DNA of 64,000 nt, taken from an uncultured Candidatus Entotheonella sp. (GTDB lineage: Bacteria > Tectomicrobia > Entotheonellia > Entotheonellales > Entotheonellaceae). The notes beneath the pieces are model-generated. The model did not search any database, was not told where the DNA came from, and saw only the letters and a list, made by a program, of their open reading frames with translations. A program made the position numbers and the translations under genes. The DNA lies in the NCBI GenBank assembly GCA_965217185.1, contig OZ244252.1:1312001-1376000 (forward strand). The letters run 5' to 3'. This document shows positions 50,125 through 61,705 of this stretch, piece by piece; within the stretch, counting starts at the first letter, position 1; every line of letters starts with the position of its first letter.

Positions 50125-53100
50125 ATGTCTGACGACTATTCAGCCAACGTACAGACCACGGGCGCTGTTGCGGTGGGCGGCTCAGCCACCGGGACCATCG
50201 AGACCGCCCATGACCAGGACTGGTTCGCCGTCGAGCTGGTGGCGGGGCGCACCTACCAGTTCGACCTCGGAGGCAGCCCGAGCGGCGGCGGGACGCTCAG
50301 CGACACCTTCCTGCGAGCCATCTACGACAGCGAGGGGCGCTACCAGTCGGATAGCTACAACGACGACTTCGGTGGCAGCCGCGACAGCCGGGTGACGTTC
50401 ACGGCGTCGCAGAGCGGGACGTACTACGTGCGGGCGTCGGGGGACCGGGACGAGACGGGGAGCTACACGCTGAGGGTGTCGGACGTGACGCCGGTGTCGG
50501 TGGAGGACCCGCCACCGGTCGAGCCGCCTGCGGAAACGGTGGCACCGGAGGAGCCGGGGCCGGCGCGCGCGGCGGCCGAGGATCTCGGGGACATCACGGA
50601 GTTGGCGGCGCCGCGGTTCCCGCTGGGCACGCTGGACGGCGGCGCCGATGCGGTGGTCTGGTACCGGTTCACGCTGAGCGAGGCGCGCGAGGTGGCGCTT
50701 GGGCTTCGGCGCCAGGACGCCGATGCGGACCTGGTGCTGGAGGACGCGGCCGGCAACGTGCTGCACAGCAGCGAGCGTTCCGGCACAGCGAACGAATGGC
50801 TGCGCGAGACGCTGCTGGCGGGGACGTATTACGTACGGGTGGAGGCGCAGGAGGCGGGTGCGAACGCCTATGTGTTCCGCTACGGCGTGGGCGACGCGGA
50901 CCCGGCCGAAGTGACGCGGCTGGAGGCGGAGCAGGAATCGGTGCAGGAGCAGGTTCAGCAGCAGCCACCGGCATTCGGCTCTCAGTTCTACGGTTTCGAC
51001 CTCCCGGAGAACACGGACGGCAGCGCGAACCGGATATCGCTGGGCACGGTCTCTGCGACGGATCCGGACGGCGGTTCAGTGACCTACAGCATCGAGGGCG
51101 GCAACGCGGCGAGGCTGTTCGAGATCGACGCGGCCAGCGGCGAGCTGTTCTACACGGGCGGGGGCGAGGACTACGAGACCGGTTCGACCAGCTTCGAGCT
51201 GACTGTCCGGGCGAGCGACGGTGATCAGACGACCGATACCACCGCGACCGTCAGCGTCACCGACGTGGATGAGCTGGTGGAGGTCGATCCACCTGTTGCG
51301 CAACCGGATCAGAGTACGCCGCAGACGGTATCGGAACCTGCCGGCGAGGACTTCTCGGCGGGTGCCTCCACGAGCGGGCGGGTGGCGGTCGGCGACACGG
51401 CCACGGGCAACGTCGGGAGCAATGGCGACCGCGACTGGTTTGCGGTCGAGCTGGTGGCGGGGCGGACCTACGTCATCGAACTGAGAGGCAGCCGCACGGA
51501 CGACGGCACGCTGAGCGATCCCTATCTGGGCGGCATCCACGATTCCGACGGCAATCTCATTCCGCGTACGACGAACGACGACGGGGGCCAAGGCTACAAC
51601 AGCCGGGTGACCTTCACGGCAACCGGGAGCGGCACCCACTACATCGCGGCGGGCGCGGCGGGGGTCTTTTCCGGCCAGGGCACCTACGAGGTCGAGGTGA
51701 CGGACACCTCGCCGCCGATCGTGGCGCCGGACCCGGATTCCGAGAATCCGCCGGACACGCAGGAGCAGGTTCAGCAGCAGCCACCGGCATTCGGCTCTCA
51801 GTTCTACGGTTTCGAACTCCCGGAGAACACGGACGGCAGCGCGAACCGGATATCGCTGGGCACGGTCTCGGTGACGGGTCCGGACGGCGGTTCAGTGACC
51901 TACAGCATCGAGGGCGGCAACGCGGCGGGGCTGTTCGAGATCGACGCAGCCAGCGGCGAGCTGTTCTACACGGGCGGGGGCGAGGACTACGAGACCGGTT
52001 CGACCAGCTTCGAGCTGACTGTCCGGGCGAGCGACGGGGATCAGACGACCGACACCACCGCGACCGTCAGCGTCACCGACGTGGATGAGCCGGTGGAGGT
52101 CGATCCACCTGTTGCGCAACCGGATCAGAGTACGCCGCAGACGGTATCGGAGCCTTCCGGCGAGGACTTCTCCGCGGACACCTCCACGAGCGGGCGGGTG
52201 GCGGTCGGCGACACGGCCACGGGCAACATCGCCTGGCGGGTGGCGGTCGGCGACACGGCCACGGGCAACATCGCCTGGAGTTATTTCGACCACGACTGGT
52301 TTGCGGTGGAGTTGGTGGCGGGGCGGACCTACGTCATTGATCTGAGAGGCAGTCCCACGGACGACGGCACGCTGAGAGATCCTTATCTGCACGGCATCTA
52401 CGATTCCGACGGCAATTTCATTCCGCGTACGTGGGACGACGACGGGGGCCAAGGCTACAACAGCCGGGTGACCTTCACGGCAACCGAGAGCGGCACCCAC
52501 TACATCGCGGCGGCGGCGGCCTTTTCCGTGTGGGGGACCTATGAGGTGGAGGTGACGGACACCTCCTCGACGATCGTGGCGCCGGACCCGGATTCCGAGG
52601 AGCCGCCGGACACGCAGGAGCAGGTTCAGCAGCAGCCACCGGCATTCGGCTCTCAGTTCTACGGTTTCGACCTCCCGGAGAACACGGACGGCAGCACGAA
52701 CCGGATATCGCTGGGCACGGTCCGGCGGTAGACCCGGAAGGCGACACGCTGACCTACAGCATCGAGGGCGGCAACGCGGCGGGGTTGTTCGAGATCGACG
52801 CGGCCAGCGGCGAGCTGTTCTACACGGGCACGGGCGAGGACTACGAGACCGGTTCGACCAGCTTCGAGCTGACTGTCCGGGCGAGCGACGGGGATCAGAC
52901 GACCGACACCGCCGTGACCGTCAACGTCACCGACGTGGATGAGCCGGTGGAGGTCGATCCACCTGTTGCGCAACCGGATCAGAGTACGCCGCAGACGGTA
53001 TCGGAACCTGCCGGCGAGGACTTCTCGGCGGGCGCCTCCACGAGCGGGCGGGTGGCGGTCGGCGACACGGCCACGGGCAACATCGGGAGCAATGGCGACC

Positions 53101-55280
53101 GCGACTGGTTCGCGGTCGAGCTGGTGGCGGGCCGGACCTACGTCATCGATCTGAGAGGCAGCCCCACGGGTGACGGCACGCTGAGCGATCCCTATCTGGG
53201 CGGCATCCACGATTCCGACGGCAATCTCATTGCGCGTACGACGAACGACGACGGGGGCCAAGGCTACAACAGCCGGCTGACCTTCACGGCAACCGAGAGC
53301 GGGACCCACTACATCGCGGCGGGGGCCTATTCCGGCCAGGGCACCTACGAGGTCGAGGTGACGGACACCTCGCCGTCGCCGGTACCGCCAGAGGTTGTAC
53401 ATGCGCCCCCGGCCTTCGACCGGCAAACCCACCTCTTCGAGCTTGAGGAGAACTCCGATGGCAGCGTGGCCCGGCTATCGCTGGGCACTGTCACGGCGAC
53501 AGACCCGGAAGGAGCGACAATCAGTTACCGCATCACGGACGGTAACAACGCAGGTCTGTTCGAGATCGATGCGGCGAGCGGCGAGGTGTTCTACACGGGA
53601 TCGGGGGAGGACTACGAGACAGGCCAGACCACCCACTTGCTGACTGTGCGGGCGAGCGACGGATCGCTGTCCGACGACACCCTCGTGGTCGTTGACGTCA
53701 CCGATGTACTGGAGTTGCCGGTGGAATTGCCGACCAACGATGGAGCAGGCCCGGTTTCCGAACCACTGAACCAGGATCTGCCCGCTGACACGAGGACAAC
53801 GGGTGTGGTCGTACCAACGAGCGATTGGGATTCCCCGCTAGCAACCGGCAACATCCAGACACCCGGGGACGTCGATTGGTTCGCGATGACCCTGCAAGCG
53901 GACCACAATTACCTGATCCGGGTAAACGGCGCCAACCGGGACGACGTTTCCGCCGCCGTGATCGGCGTCTACGACGCCACCGGCACCCAAATTACCACCA
54001 GCGGATTTGGTTTCTCACCGGCTACGGACGGCACCTATTACGTGGCAATAACCCGGGAGCCCCCGAGGTCTGCGCAGCCTACGGGTCTCGATCATCCGCA
54101 AACCGGGCCCTATTCGGTGCGCTTGTGGGAATTCCCGGATCTACCGGAGGACATGACGACACCTGAGTTTAACTATGGTGATGGACAAAAGGGGTCCGAT
54201 TTTATCGAAACGCCGGGTGACCGGGACTGGATAAAGATTACGAGTCTGGAAGCGGGTGCGAGCTACATCATCGACGTAATGGCCTCCAATCGTCCTGGCT
54301 TGATCGGGGCGGAGTCGCCTGACGTTAAACTGTTCTCCGTACGGGACTCGACGGGCGCTGTCATCCCCAACACCGAAGCTGACGACGGAGGCGTTGGGCA
54401 GAATGCGCGGTTGAAGTTTACGGCCCCGAGCACCGGCACGTACTACCTCGAAGTCGGGACTTCGGACGACAGCACCGGTCTCTATGACTACCGCGTGATC
54501 GAAGACGATTACGCAGCCGACGAGACGACGACGGGCGAGGTCCCGGTCGACGGCACGATTACGGGCAACATCGAGAGGGGGTACGATCGCGACTGGTTCG
54601 AACTCAATCTCGAGAGCGGTACGCGCTACACGATTACCGTTGAGGGCGCAAGAGCCGGAGGCGGGACGTTAGAGGAGTCTATCCTATTAACTCTCTTCCC
54701 CCCGGAGTCGGAACCCGACGATACCCGCGGACCGACGTACATCAATGGCGACGGCGAATCGGTTGAGATACCCCATTGGAACACCCGTGAATTGATCGCG
54801 TGGTCGGACGATCCCTACTTTGTGCAGGTGACGGGAGAAGGCCGCAATACCGGAACCTATACCCTATCCGTGTCGGAATACTCGTGGGGAGACGATCTGG
54901 CCGACGACACGACGACGACCGGTTCGGTGGAATTCTTCCGGTATCCATCCGGCAACGTGCGGGGCCAGACCGTCGGCATCATTGAATCAGCGGGCGACGA
55001 GGACTGGTTCGCGGTCGAACTGGAAGCAGGCCGAACCTACAACATCAGTCTGCGGGGCAGACCAACGTACGACGGCACCCTGACGAATCCTTACCTGGAC
55101 GGTGTCCATGATGCCAACGGCAACTTCATCGCGAATGCGAGTGACGACGACGGCGGTGAGGGTCTTAACAGCCGCGTGGCGTTCACGCCGACCGCCGACG
55201 GCACCTATTACGTCGCCGCAGGGGCCTACGGGGACGAGGTCGGCACTTACGAGCTGACGATTTGGAACGAAGTGCTGTAG
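50125..55280 (+). pseudogene. Large acidic repeat protein (pre-peptidase C-terminal/PPC and cadherin domains), probable T1SS substrate, split by one frameshift
   Basis: DRDWFAVELVAGRTY and LFEIDAASGELFY repeats; at ~52722 GTC CGG CGG TAG replaces GTC TCG GCG GTA GAC (1-nt deletion); no signal peptide. Confidence 0.8.
50944..53390 (+). repeat. Three tandem ~0.8 kb coding repeats (cadherin plus PPC units)
   Basis: Anchor CAGGAGCAGGTTCAGCAGCAGCCACCG at 50944, 51760 and 52615; the second unit has an internal 42-bp duplication (RVAVGDTATGNIAW twice). Confidence 0.88.
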
Positions 55281-55472
55281 TGGGACCAGTGGCGGGTAAC
55301 GCGGCGCATCATGCAGACCGACTGATCGTCGTCGAAAACGGTAGATGGGGCGGGTAGAGATAAAACACATAGGCCCTGGCTTGTGGCGACCCGCGGATTT
55401 CTCCGCCATCAGCAACCCGTCCTGAACGATCCGCCGGGTGTGAGAGCCACAGCCACAGAAGAGAGGCGCACC

Positions 55473-56620
55473 ATGACGACGACAACAGGCCGTGGAACCG
55501 ACAGGGGCGGTGCAGCGGAAATTCGCTCGGCTCTCGGCGAAAGCCGCCGCCTGTTCGTCGCCGTCGGGCTGTTTAGCGCCTTCGTCAACCTGCTGATGCT
55601 GACCGGCCCGCTGTTCATGCTGCAGATCTACGACCGCGTATTGACCTCGCGCTCCGAGGCAACACTGGTGGCGCTCGCCGCCATCGTCACCTTCCTATTC
55701 CTCATGATGGGCCTGCTCGACCATACCCGCGCCCGGGTGCTGGCGCGTGTCGGCGCCCGTTTCCAGGCGCGCCTCGACGGGCGTGTGCTGGGCGCCATCC
55801 TGACGCGGGCGGGCCGCTCGCCGGCTTCGCGCTCCGCCCCCGCCACCGGCCTGTCCGACCTGGAGGCCATGCAGCGCTTCGCCACCGGCCCCGGTCCGTT
55901 CGCCTTCTTCGACGCCCCCTGAACCCCCCGTCTTCCTGTTCGTGCTGTTCGTCTTCCACTGGCTGCTGGGCGTCTTGGCCGTGATCTCCGGCGTGTTGCT
56001 GCTGACCCTGGCACTGCTGAGCCAGGCGCGCACCGCCCGGCTGCGGCGCGAGTCCGGCGAGGCGGCGGCCCGTGCCGCCTACTTCGTCGAGCAGGTGCGG
56101 GCCGGCGGCGAGACGGTGCGCGGCCTTGGCATGCGAACTTCGGCCATCGCCCGCACCGGGCTGCTGCGCCATATCGCGCTGGCCAAGACCCTGGCGGCCT
56201 CGGACCGCGGCGGCGCCTTCGCGGCCACCTCGCGCGCCCTACGCCTGTTCCTGCAATCGATGATGCTGGGGCTCGGCGCCTGGCTGGCCATCCGGGGCGA
56301 GGTGACGCCGGGGATCATGATCGCGGCGTCGATCCTGCTGGGGCGCGCCCTGGCGCCAATCGATCAGGCGGTGGGCCAGTGGCCGTTGCTGCAGCACACC
56401 CTGGCGGCGCGGCGTTCCCTGGTCCGGCTGCTGAGCGAGACACCGGAAGAGCCTGAGCGCACGCCGCTGCCGAAGCCGCAGGCGCGGCTGACGGTCGAAA
56501 ATCTGTACGTGGCGCCGCCGGGGGCGGACGCGCCGGTGGTGCGCGGCGTGTCATTCCGTCTGGAGCCGGGCCGGGCCGTCGGCCTCGGGCAAGTCATCGC
56601 TGGTGCGGGCGCTGACGGAA
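55473..56620 (+). pseudogene. prtD: Type I secretion ABC transporter (PrtD/AprD family), disrupted and truncated
   Basis: NLLMLTGPLFMLQIYDRVL; stop plus frameshift at FDAP-TGA (55920); IAASILLGRALAPI; deletion inside Walker A (ASGKSSLVRAL is out of frame); similarity ends near 56620. Confidence 0.85.
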
Positions 56621-56698
56621 AACGGCTTCCGGCGCCAGGGGGGTGCCACTGTGTATGAAGGAGGCACTGGCTGACCTCGCTGGTAAGGAGAGGCCGGT

Positions 56699-56893
56699 AT
56701 GGCCAGGTATTACGCAACATGAACGCCCAGCCCAACGGTGAGCACGAGGTCCATACAGGCGACTGCAGCCGGTTGGCACCTATCCAGCATCGCGTCTATC
56801 TGGGCGACTTCTTCTCCTGTCGTCCCGCCATGACGGAAGCCAAGCTCCACTTCCACAACCCGCGGAGTTCTTCGCAGGTCGCCGCCCGATGAC
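56699..56893 (+). pseudogene. Small conserved hypothetical protein (NAQPNGEHEVH...C...RVYLGDF.SC type), frameshifted
   Basis: AAGGAG RBS; MARYY, then a frame change into MNAQPNGEHEVHTGDCSRL. Confidence 0.5.
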
Positions 56894-57196
56894 TTATGGA
56901 ACAGACTCTAAGCACGAGCCAGTTTCTGCCCCAAGATACAACACGCCTTCCAGCATCTTGCCGTGTCCAATCAACCGCCACGCCAAGTTGAGCTAGACGT
57001 TGCTAGCCGAGACGCCCAACTTTATCATCAGTATCAACGACATAGCGTAGAATGCCAGCCTGGAAATCCCCAGACGGATATTACCACTCCTCGGTGGATA
57101 TGAGTTGAAGGCAGTGGCTTCCCGTACGGAGTCATAATAGGCAATGCTTGGCTAAATTTATTGTACAAATGTCTCATATTATGGAATGGTAGCGAC

Positions 57197-57469
57197 ATGA
57201 AGATCAGGCACAAAGGCGTACGCCAATTCGTCGTCACTGGCTCAACCGCGGGCATACCGAAACCACTTGCAAGCAAGCTACGCCGTATGCTGTCCGTTTT
57301 GGATCAGGCTACCCAGCCGAGTGAACTGGACAACCCGGCATGGCGATCACATCCGCTGAGAGGCGACTTGGCCGGATATTGGAGCATCCGCGTTACGGGC
57401 AACATGCGCCTGGTGTTCCGCTTTGACAGCGGCGAGGCCGTGGACGTGGACTTGGTTGACTACCACTGA
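57197..57469 (+). CDS. higB: HigB/RelE-family toxin
   Basis: RHKGV; HPLRGDLAGYWSIRVTGNMRLVFRF; VDLVDYH. Confidence 0.9.
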   Translation: MKIRHKGVRQFVVTGSTAGIPKPLASKLRRMLSVLDQATQPSELDNPAWRSHPLRGDLAGYWSIRVTGNMRLVFRFDSGEAVDVDLVDYH

Positions 57470-57481
57470 AAGCAGGGAGAC

Positions 57482-57763
57482 ATGAGCAACGAACATGAAA
57501 GCATCCACATGAGCGATCCTTGTCACCCCGGCGAGGTGCTGCGTGACTGGATCAACGGCCATGGCAAGACGGTACAGGAGGCTGCAAACCTGATGGGTGT
57601 GTCGCGGGCAACGCTCAACCGGTTATTGTCCGGTGTTGGCCGTATCGCGCCGAAGCTGGCTGTGCAACTCGAGGGCATGGGATGGAGCAGCGCAGAGATG
57701 TGGTTACGGCTGCAACTGGCCCACGACCTTGCGGCAGCACGGCGTGCGAAACCGGTGGCATAA
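57482..57763 (+). CDS. higA: HigA antitoxin (HTH)
   Basis: HPGEVL; AANLMGVSRATLNRLL; WLRLQLAHDL; downstream of the toxin. Confidence 0.9.
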   Translation: MSNEHESIHMSDPCHPGEVLRDWINGHGKTVQEAANLMGVSRATLNRLLSGVGRIAPKLAVQLEGMGWSSAEMWLRLQLAHDLAAARRAKPVA

Positions 57764-57777
57764 GTGTCTGTGCTCAT

Positions 57778-57858
57778 CCGCTCCACTGCTGCCGGCTGGA
57801 GCGACAGTTGCCGGGCGGGATTCGCACCCGCTGAAGAATGGCGCCTTCCACGGCGCAC
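57778..57858 (-). mobile_element. Probable group II intron 5'-end fragment
   Basis: Minus strand begins GTGCGCCGTGGAAGGCGC...GCGGGTGCGAATCCCGCCCGGCAACTGTCGCTCCAGCCGG, i.e. a GUGYG start with domain I-like hairpins; no RT or domain V in the window. Confidence 0.55.
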
Positions 57859-57876
57859 CCGATAAGCTCGACTATG

Positions 57877-57981
57877 TTAGAGCGGTTTTCGAATGACCGC
57901 ATGGGATGCCCGTAAAAGGCAAACCAACTCCAATTATCCGATGCCGCAATAGGCCAGACATACGAACGCAAACCGCTCTAA
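57877..57981. mobile_element. MITE-like element, copy 2 (105 bp)
   Basis: TTAGAGCGGTTT / AAACCGCTCTAA inverted repeats; 3' portion nearly identical to copy 1. Confidence 0.75.
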
Positions 57982-58034
57982 GGTCGCTGGATTCCGGCGT
58001 TCGCCGGAATGACCGATTCAGCAGACGTGCGAGA

Positions 58035-59210
58035 TTACGACAGAAATTGCTGCATCAACGCCGTCTGCCAGCGCAGCGCCAGACCGGTCAAACCCGCCGT
58101 TAAAACCAGACTTACCACAACAATCACGCCGAGTTCCGCCGCCACCAGTTCCACCATTTTGAGGCGGCTGCAGCCGAGTTTGTACATCGTCTCGATCTCC
58201 GACTGACGCAGGCGCAGGGATAACGCGATGACCAGGATGATCGTCAGGAGCATGGCGACGCTGACGACGGCGAAAATGACGTTGAGCACCCGTTGAATCT
58301 TGAAGATGTTCTGCAGCAGCGCCTTCACCACGCCGAGGGGCTGAATCAACTGGAACGCACTGGTCTCGGGAAGATAGCGGCCCATGAGCAGGGTGGCGGA
58401 TTTGTCGTCGTGCGGCACGGCAATGACCGAGGTGAGCGGGAACTGGCCCGTGTCGCCGTGAAAGTGAAACGAATCCATATTCTCCGGCGTGATCTCCGTG
58501 TACTGCACGATCTTGGCGCTGGCGACGAGCTTGCCGTCCACTTCTCTCAGCACCACTTGGGGGTCGCGGGTCGTCGCCACGTCCTCATGCCCGTGCCCGA
58601 GCCCTTCAATGACCCAGGCGGTTCTGACATCGACGAACACCGCCCGGTCGTCCGGCGTGTGACGCGCTTTGAGCACCCCCACCACTTGCATTTTGAGCGG
58701 ATACACGCCGGCCAAGTCAAACGGGTTCTCCGGCGTGGATATGAGTGCGTCGCCGGGGCCAAGGCCGAGCTGGTCCGCTACCGCCGCGCCCAAGACGCAC
58801 TCGCCCAGAACGGCCAGCATGCGCCCGGAGGCGACCTCAAGGCGGCGGAAGCTCATGTAGTCCAGCGTGGTGCCGACGATCGGAAAGCCTCGCGCCGTGT
58901 ACCGGTTGTATATGGGAATGGCAAAAGCAAAGCCGGTCTCGTCAATGCGGTCGGCTTCGCCCATGGTGATGGTCTCGGGCGGCTTTGAGGCGAAATAAAG
59001 CGTGTTCATCACCAAGTCCAGGGCGCTGCCCTTCTGCCCCAGAATCAAGGGCGTGGCCTGGGAGCGGTCGAGCATCTGCACCTCGCTGGCGCGCACGAGG
59101 ATGTGTACGGCGAGCGGCAGAAAGGTGATCAGGGTGAGCGCGGCGATGAGCACGGCGGCTTTGACTTTGTGAAACCGCAGGTACTGCCACGCCACGTACA
59201 GACTGTGCAT
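58035..59210 (-). CDS. FtsX/MacB-type ABC permease
   Basis: One N-terminal TM segment, a large periplasmic domain with GLGHGHED, and C-terminal TM segments with LRQSEIETMYKLG. Confidence 0.85.
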   Translation of the reverse strand: MHSLYVAWQYLRFHKVKAAVLIAALTLITFLPLAVHILVRASEVQMLDRSQATPLILGQKGSALDLVMNTLYFASKPPETITMGEADRIDETGFAFAIPIYNRYTARGFPIVGTTLDYMSFRRLEVASGRMLAVLGECVLGAAVADQLGLGPGDALISTPENPFDLAGVYPLKMQVVGVLKARHTPDDRAVFVDVRTAWVIEGLGHGHEDVATTRDPQVVLREVDGKLVASAKIVQYTEITPENMDSFHFHGDTGQFPLTSVIAVPHDDKSATLLMGRYLPETSAFQLIQPLGVVKALLQNIFKIQRVLNVIFAVVSVAMLLTIILVIALSLRLRQSEIETMYKLGCSRLKMVELVAAELGVIVVVSLVLTAGLTGLALRWQTALMQQFLS

Positions 59211-59212
59211 GA

Positions 59213-59902
59213 TTACGCTCGCTGGGGGCGATCAAAGGCTTGAAAGTCGACCACCCGGTCGAAGCCGCTGAGCAGGCCGTGGTCGTGCGTGACCGCGACC
59301 AGCGTCGCCCTGGCCTCGTCGACATATTGAAAGAGGTGCTGCAGGATGTGCGATTTGTTGGCTGGGTCCAGATTGCCGGTGGGTTCATCGGCGAGGAGCA
59401 GAGGCGGCCGCGTCACCAGCGCCCGGCAAATGGCGGCGCGCTGCTTTTCGCCCTGGGACAGATGGTGGACGTGACGCTTGAGCTTGTCCGCGATGCCCAT
59501 GATGTCCGCCAGGTGGGCGGCATGCTCGCGCACCTGCGGGGTCAGATTCAGGGCGCGGTTGATGCGGTAGGGATGCAGGATGTTGTCGAGAATCGTCAGG
59601 TAGTCCAGCAGCGCAAAGTCCTGGAACACAAAGCCGATGTTGGCAATGCGAAACCGCCGCCGCTCGGCATCGCCGAGTTGATCCAGCGACGCGCCATGCA
59701 CTTTGATCTGGCCGCTGACGGCCGGCACAATGCCGGCCAGCAAATTGATGAGGGTCGTCTTGCCCGACCCGCTGGGTCCGATGACGGCCGCTTTCGTCCC
59801 GGCGTCGATGCAGAGCTCGGGAACGTGGAGATAAAAATCGCCCTCCGGGTACTGAAAGGTCAACCGCTCAATGGCGATGAAGGGAGGCTGCGCGTCAGTC
59901 AT
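59213..59902 (-). CDS. ABC ATP-binding protein (LolD/MacB type)
   Basis: [34 protein letters not shown]. Confidence 0.92.
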   Translation of the reverse strand: MTDAQPPFIAIERLTFQYPEGDFYLHVPELCIDAGTKAAVIGPSGSGKTTLINLLAGIVPAVSGQIKVHGASLDQLGDAERRRFRIANIGFVFQDFALLDYLTILDNILHPYRINRALNLTPQVREHAAHLADIMGIADKLKRHVHHLSQGEKQRAAICRALVTRPPLLLADEPTGNLDPANKSHILQHLFQYVDEARATLVAVTHDHGLLSGFDRVVDFQAFDRPQRA

Positions 59903-61656
59903 GGCAGGCGGCGTTCTTCGATGACGTCCAGGGCGACGATTTTCCAGGTCTGCTCGATGGGCTGGATGGTGATCATGGCGTCGTATTGATTGCGGCGCTG
60001 ATGGGTATGCCCCCAGTGGTTCACCGTGCCTGTGATGCGCCAGGCGCATTGGAACGTCAGGCGCTGACGCCTGCCTGGGGGGCCGACCTGAACGGCATCC
60101 AGCAGTTGTACGTCCTGCACCTTGGCCCGCGCCCCGCCCTGCTCTTCCATCACCAGGCGTTTGCGGCTCTGCAAATAGATGTCCGTGATCAAATCACCCG
60201 CGGCGCTGACCGCCAGTTTGTCGTAGACGTCGTTTTCAGCGCGAAAATCAAAGGCGCGATAGGTGTTTTGCAAAAGCCCTTGGAGAATCAACAACGACTC
60301 GACCTCGGGTAGCTGATAGGGCGCCGCAAACGGGTTGCGAACCGCAATCCGTCCAAAGGGCCCTACCCCTACGGCCACGACGAAAATCAAGACAACCGCG
60401 GTGATCCGATAGACACCGTTGAGCGCCAAAAAACCGCCAAAGCCAGCGATTAGCGCCGCCGTTAGGCAAAGCAGGACACTCGCCAAAGGTATTTCGAGTT
60501 GCTTGGCGGCCTGGGCGGCAATGGCGTCAATGGTGGCGACCTGGTAGTTGTAGTCGTCGAGCATATTGGTCCAGCGCAACGTGGGCTGCGCCGGCGTCAC
60601 GTCGTAGGGCAATTGACTGACAGGGTCGATGATCGTGGACGGGATCGTGGTGATTTGGTCGTCGAAGTGTGTCCAATCCACCGTCACCTCTTGCGGCGGT
60701 CCGGGGGTGACGTAGGCAAGAATCACGCCCACCAACGCGGTTTGGAACGTCAGCCGCTCAGCCGCGTCCAGCGACTGGATGCCCTGCGGGGTCACCCTGA
60801 CAAACTCGACGCGGTCCAGCAGCGGGCGGGACTTGGCACCATCAATCTTCACTTGGCTTTGCTGCAATAAAAACTGACCGATTTGCTCGCGCAGCCGCCC
60901 CTGCGCATCGGGGTCGATCGGCGTCTGTTCCGGTACATCCAGGGACATCCACGACGCCAACGCCTTCAGCCGGATGAGAATTTCAAACCGCACCTCGTAT
61001 GGCTCGACGTATAGAAACGTCATGAGCGGCGCGCTGTGATGCCGTTTCAACTCGGCATTTTCAAAGGCGGAGTACCAGGGGTCGTCCCAGTCCAACCGCA
61101 GGGTTTCCGGGCGTTTCAGGTATTGAAAATCGATGACCGGAATGGTTCCGTGATACACGATGAAGCCGATCTCGGCGGCCGCCTCATCGCTCCCCATTCG
61201 CGGCGGCGGCATCAGCGTCAGCGTCGCAGGAAGGGCTGACAAGTCGTAAACCATCTCGACGTAGGTTATCCCAGAACTGCCCGGTACCTGAACGACGGCC
61301 GGTTGGGAGGCTGTGGAGCGGTCCGTGCGTGGCCGCCGCTCGATGACCTTCACCTCCCCCGCCAGCGGCGTGCCGTCATCGCCCGTCAGTACCAGATCCC
61401 GCTGAATCCCATCTTGTTCGGAGGCATCGTCGTTGAGCAGATCGGCAAACGCCTCCTGATCCAGGTCGCCGATTTCCAGCCGCAGCGTGATGCGCTCCTC
61501 GTCAATCCATATCTCGGCGACCGTGGAACTGTGCTCGGCGCCGGTGTACTTCGTCAGGTGGGCCTGCGCGGTCCGCGCCAGCGGCAGCAGAGTCAGTATC
61601 AAGCACAACAAGCAGGTTGCCGGCCATGACCTGATGATCACAATTGAAATCCCCAT
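59899..61656 (-). CDS. Hypothetical exported membrane-anchored protein
   Basis: Signal peptide ending AQA-H; two late TM helices; HWGHTH near the C-terminus; operonic overlap. Confidence 0.75.
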   Translation of the reverse strand: MGISIVIIRSWPATCLLCLILTLLPLARTAQAHLTKYTGAEHSSTVAEIWIDEERITLRLEIGDLDQEAFADLLNDDASEQDGIQRDLVLTGDDGTPLAGEVKVIERRPRTDRSTASQPAVVQVPGSSGITYVEMVYDLSALPATLTLMPPPRMGSDEAAAEIGFIVYHGTIPVIDFQYLKRPETLRLDWDDPWYSAFENAELKRHHSAPLMTFLYVEPYEVRFEILIRLKALASWMSLDVPEQTPIDPDAQGRLREQIGQFLLQQSQVKIDGAKSRPLLDRVEFVRVTPQGIQSLDAAERLTFQTALVGVILAYVTPGPPQEVTVDWTHFDDQITTIPSTIIDPVSQLPYDVTPAQPTLRWTNMLDDYNYQVATIDAIAAQAAKQLEIPLASVLLCLTAALIAGFGGFLALNGVYRITAVVLIFVVAVGVGPFGRIAVRNPFAAPYQLPEVESLLILQGLLQNTYRAFDFRAENDVYDKLAVSAAGDLITDIYLQSRKRLVMEEQGGARAKVQDVQLLDAVQVGPPGRRQRLTFQCAWRITGTVNHWGHTHQRRNQYDAMITIQPIEQTWKIVALDVIEERRLP

Positions 61657-61705
61657 GGCTTGAGGGGTTCACAGCAACGGTCGCCTTGTCCCGGCTGAGT
61701 CTCGC

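Noticed and set aside
55920..55922. TGA in prtD as possible Sec/Trp recoding
   Set aside because: The downstream sequence is in a different frame and the gene has further lesions; TGA is a normal stop elsewhere in the window.
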